NCBI GenBank assembly: GCA_030324005.1
Contig: JARDVH010000059.1
Location: 61,458,053-61,522,052 of the forward strand
Source of the DNA: Negaprion brevirostris
Lineage: Eukaryota
Length of the DNA stretch: 64,000 bases
Reading direction: 5' to 3'
The position numbers were made by a program, and so were the translations under genes. How positions within the stretch are numbered: the first letter of the stretch is position 1; every line of letters begins with the position of its first letter. The notes beneath the pieces were generated by a model. It had not been told where the DNA came from. It did not search any database and saw nothing but the letters and a program-made list of their open reading frames with translations. Below are positions 63,221 to 64,000 of the stretch, piece by piece.

Positions 63221-63734
63221 AAAATGTCTTTGCCAGTTTTTCCATTGCTCCACTTTTCTGGGACTCTCTATATTTTGAAATTATTTGAGGTTATCTCTTC
63301 CCACACTGCTCATTTTGCCAGTCACTAGCCTTATTATTTTATCATCTCTGGTGTGGTTTCTGGGTTGGCCTCCAAGTTCTTCATCCACTGCGCTGCACTG
63401 TTGCTGGGCTTCACTTGAGGAGTGTCATGCCATTTTCTACATTTTCTTTGAGGGTGTGGTCAATACTGCTACCATTTGTTATATCTTTTGTTTTGGGAAT
63501 TGTTAGCTTCCTACTCAAAAAGAGATCTTGCTAGAGGCAATGGTCCTTTGTTGAATACACATTTATTCACATACTATTTATAAAGGTGAAATATTACCAA
63601 GGATAACTGGAGCTAATCCTCTGTCTAAGTTGTCTCTCAGTCATCTCTATTCTGTGATTGACACTACTGTGACATGGACCCTTATAAACATGCTCAGGAG
63701 CTATCATTATAGTTAAACCTTTATTCAACAGCTA

Positions 63735-64000
63735 CCTTTCTGTTGTCAGCAACCTCAGCCATACACTTTGTTCCCTCATCCAAGTCATTGACATAGCCAA
63801 ATAGTTGAGGCCCCAGCATTGATCCCTGTAGCACTCCACTCATTACAGTTTGCCAACCAGAACATGACCCATTTATCTTGACTCTGTTTCCTGTCAGTTA
63901 GCCAGGCCTCCATCTATTCTATTACCCCAACAAGCTCCTACTGTGTGCAGTAATCTATATCGCGCCTTATCAAAAGTCTTTAGGAAATCCAAATACACTA
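63735..64000 (-). mobile_element. CR1 RT fragment (runs off window)
   Basis: Reverse strand encodes VYLDFLKTFDK and SGVLQGSMLGPQL..NDLD-like motifs. Confidence 0.8.

Larger units (their letters stand above)
59300..63730 (-). mobile_element. Decayed Gypsy LTR retrotransposon (5' LTR, PBS, gag, RT, RNase H, integrase N-part) with nested insertions
   Basis: Candidate LTR at 63477-63730 (TGT...ACA) and PBS TGGTAGCAG at 63466-63474. Zinc-knuckle-like CGRLGHFKVVC. RT MVPVLK..ICID..HPMASVDENLAKL..FTKLD..FWQ. RNase H HYDPELP..RPIY and ADTLSR. Integrase GQLGI, SVWWPG and GIDLF. Confidence 0.88.

Noticed and set aside
1-64000. CRISPR array, operon or novel multi-gene system
   Set aside because: There is no regularly spaced repeat-spacer array and no intact long ORF. 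The sequence is vertebrate intron and upstream flank dominated by decayed TEs.

Overview
This is vertebrate, almost certainly shark (elasmobranch), genomic DNA from a gapped draft assembly. The assignment rests on HE1-type V-SINEs, Deu-domain SINEs and shark-type CR1/Penelope repeats. The only host coding sequence I can support is the first coding exon of TOX on the minus strand (43438-43542, MDVRFYLQTAPPANISTDTPCLGPSPCLDPYYSNK, followed by a GT donor). Positions 1-43437 are therefore part of the long TOX intron 1, and exon 2 was not found in the window. Positions ~43870-64000 are promoter and upstream flank. The rest is a layered mix of decayed mobile elements (CR1, L2, Rex1/Babar, RTE, Vingi-like, Penelope-like, Gypsy and solo LTRs, PIF/Harbinger-like relics, palindromic MITE-like elements, SINEs), many of them nested, with TE-poor blocks between them that may be regulatory. 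I found no evidence for a new multi-gene system. The best leads are an overlapping uORF in the TOX leader, a U3-A8 variant hammerhead motif in a Penelope terminus, a V-SINE with an apparently Rex1-like tail, a Vingi-like LINE relic, and an intron-containing Harbinger Myb/SANT relic. Family names come from motif recognition by eye, not from database searches.
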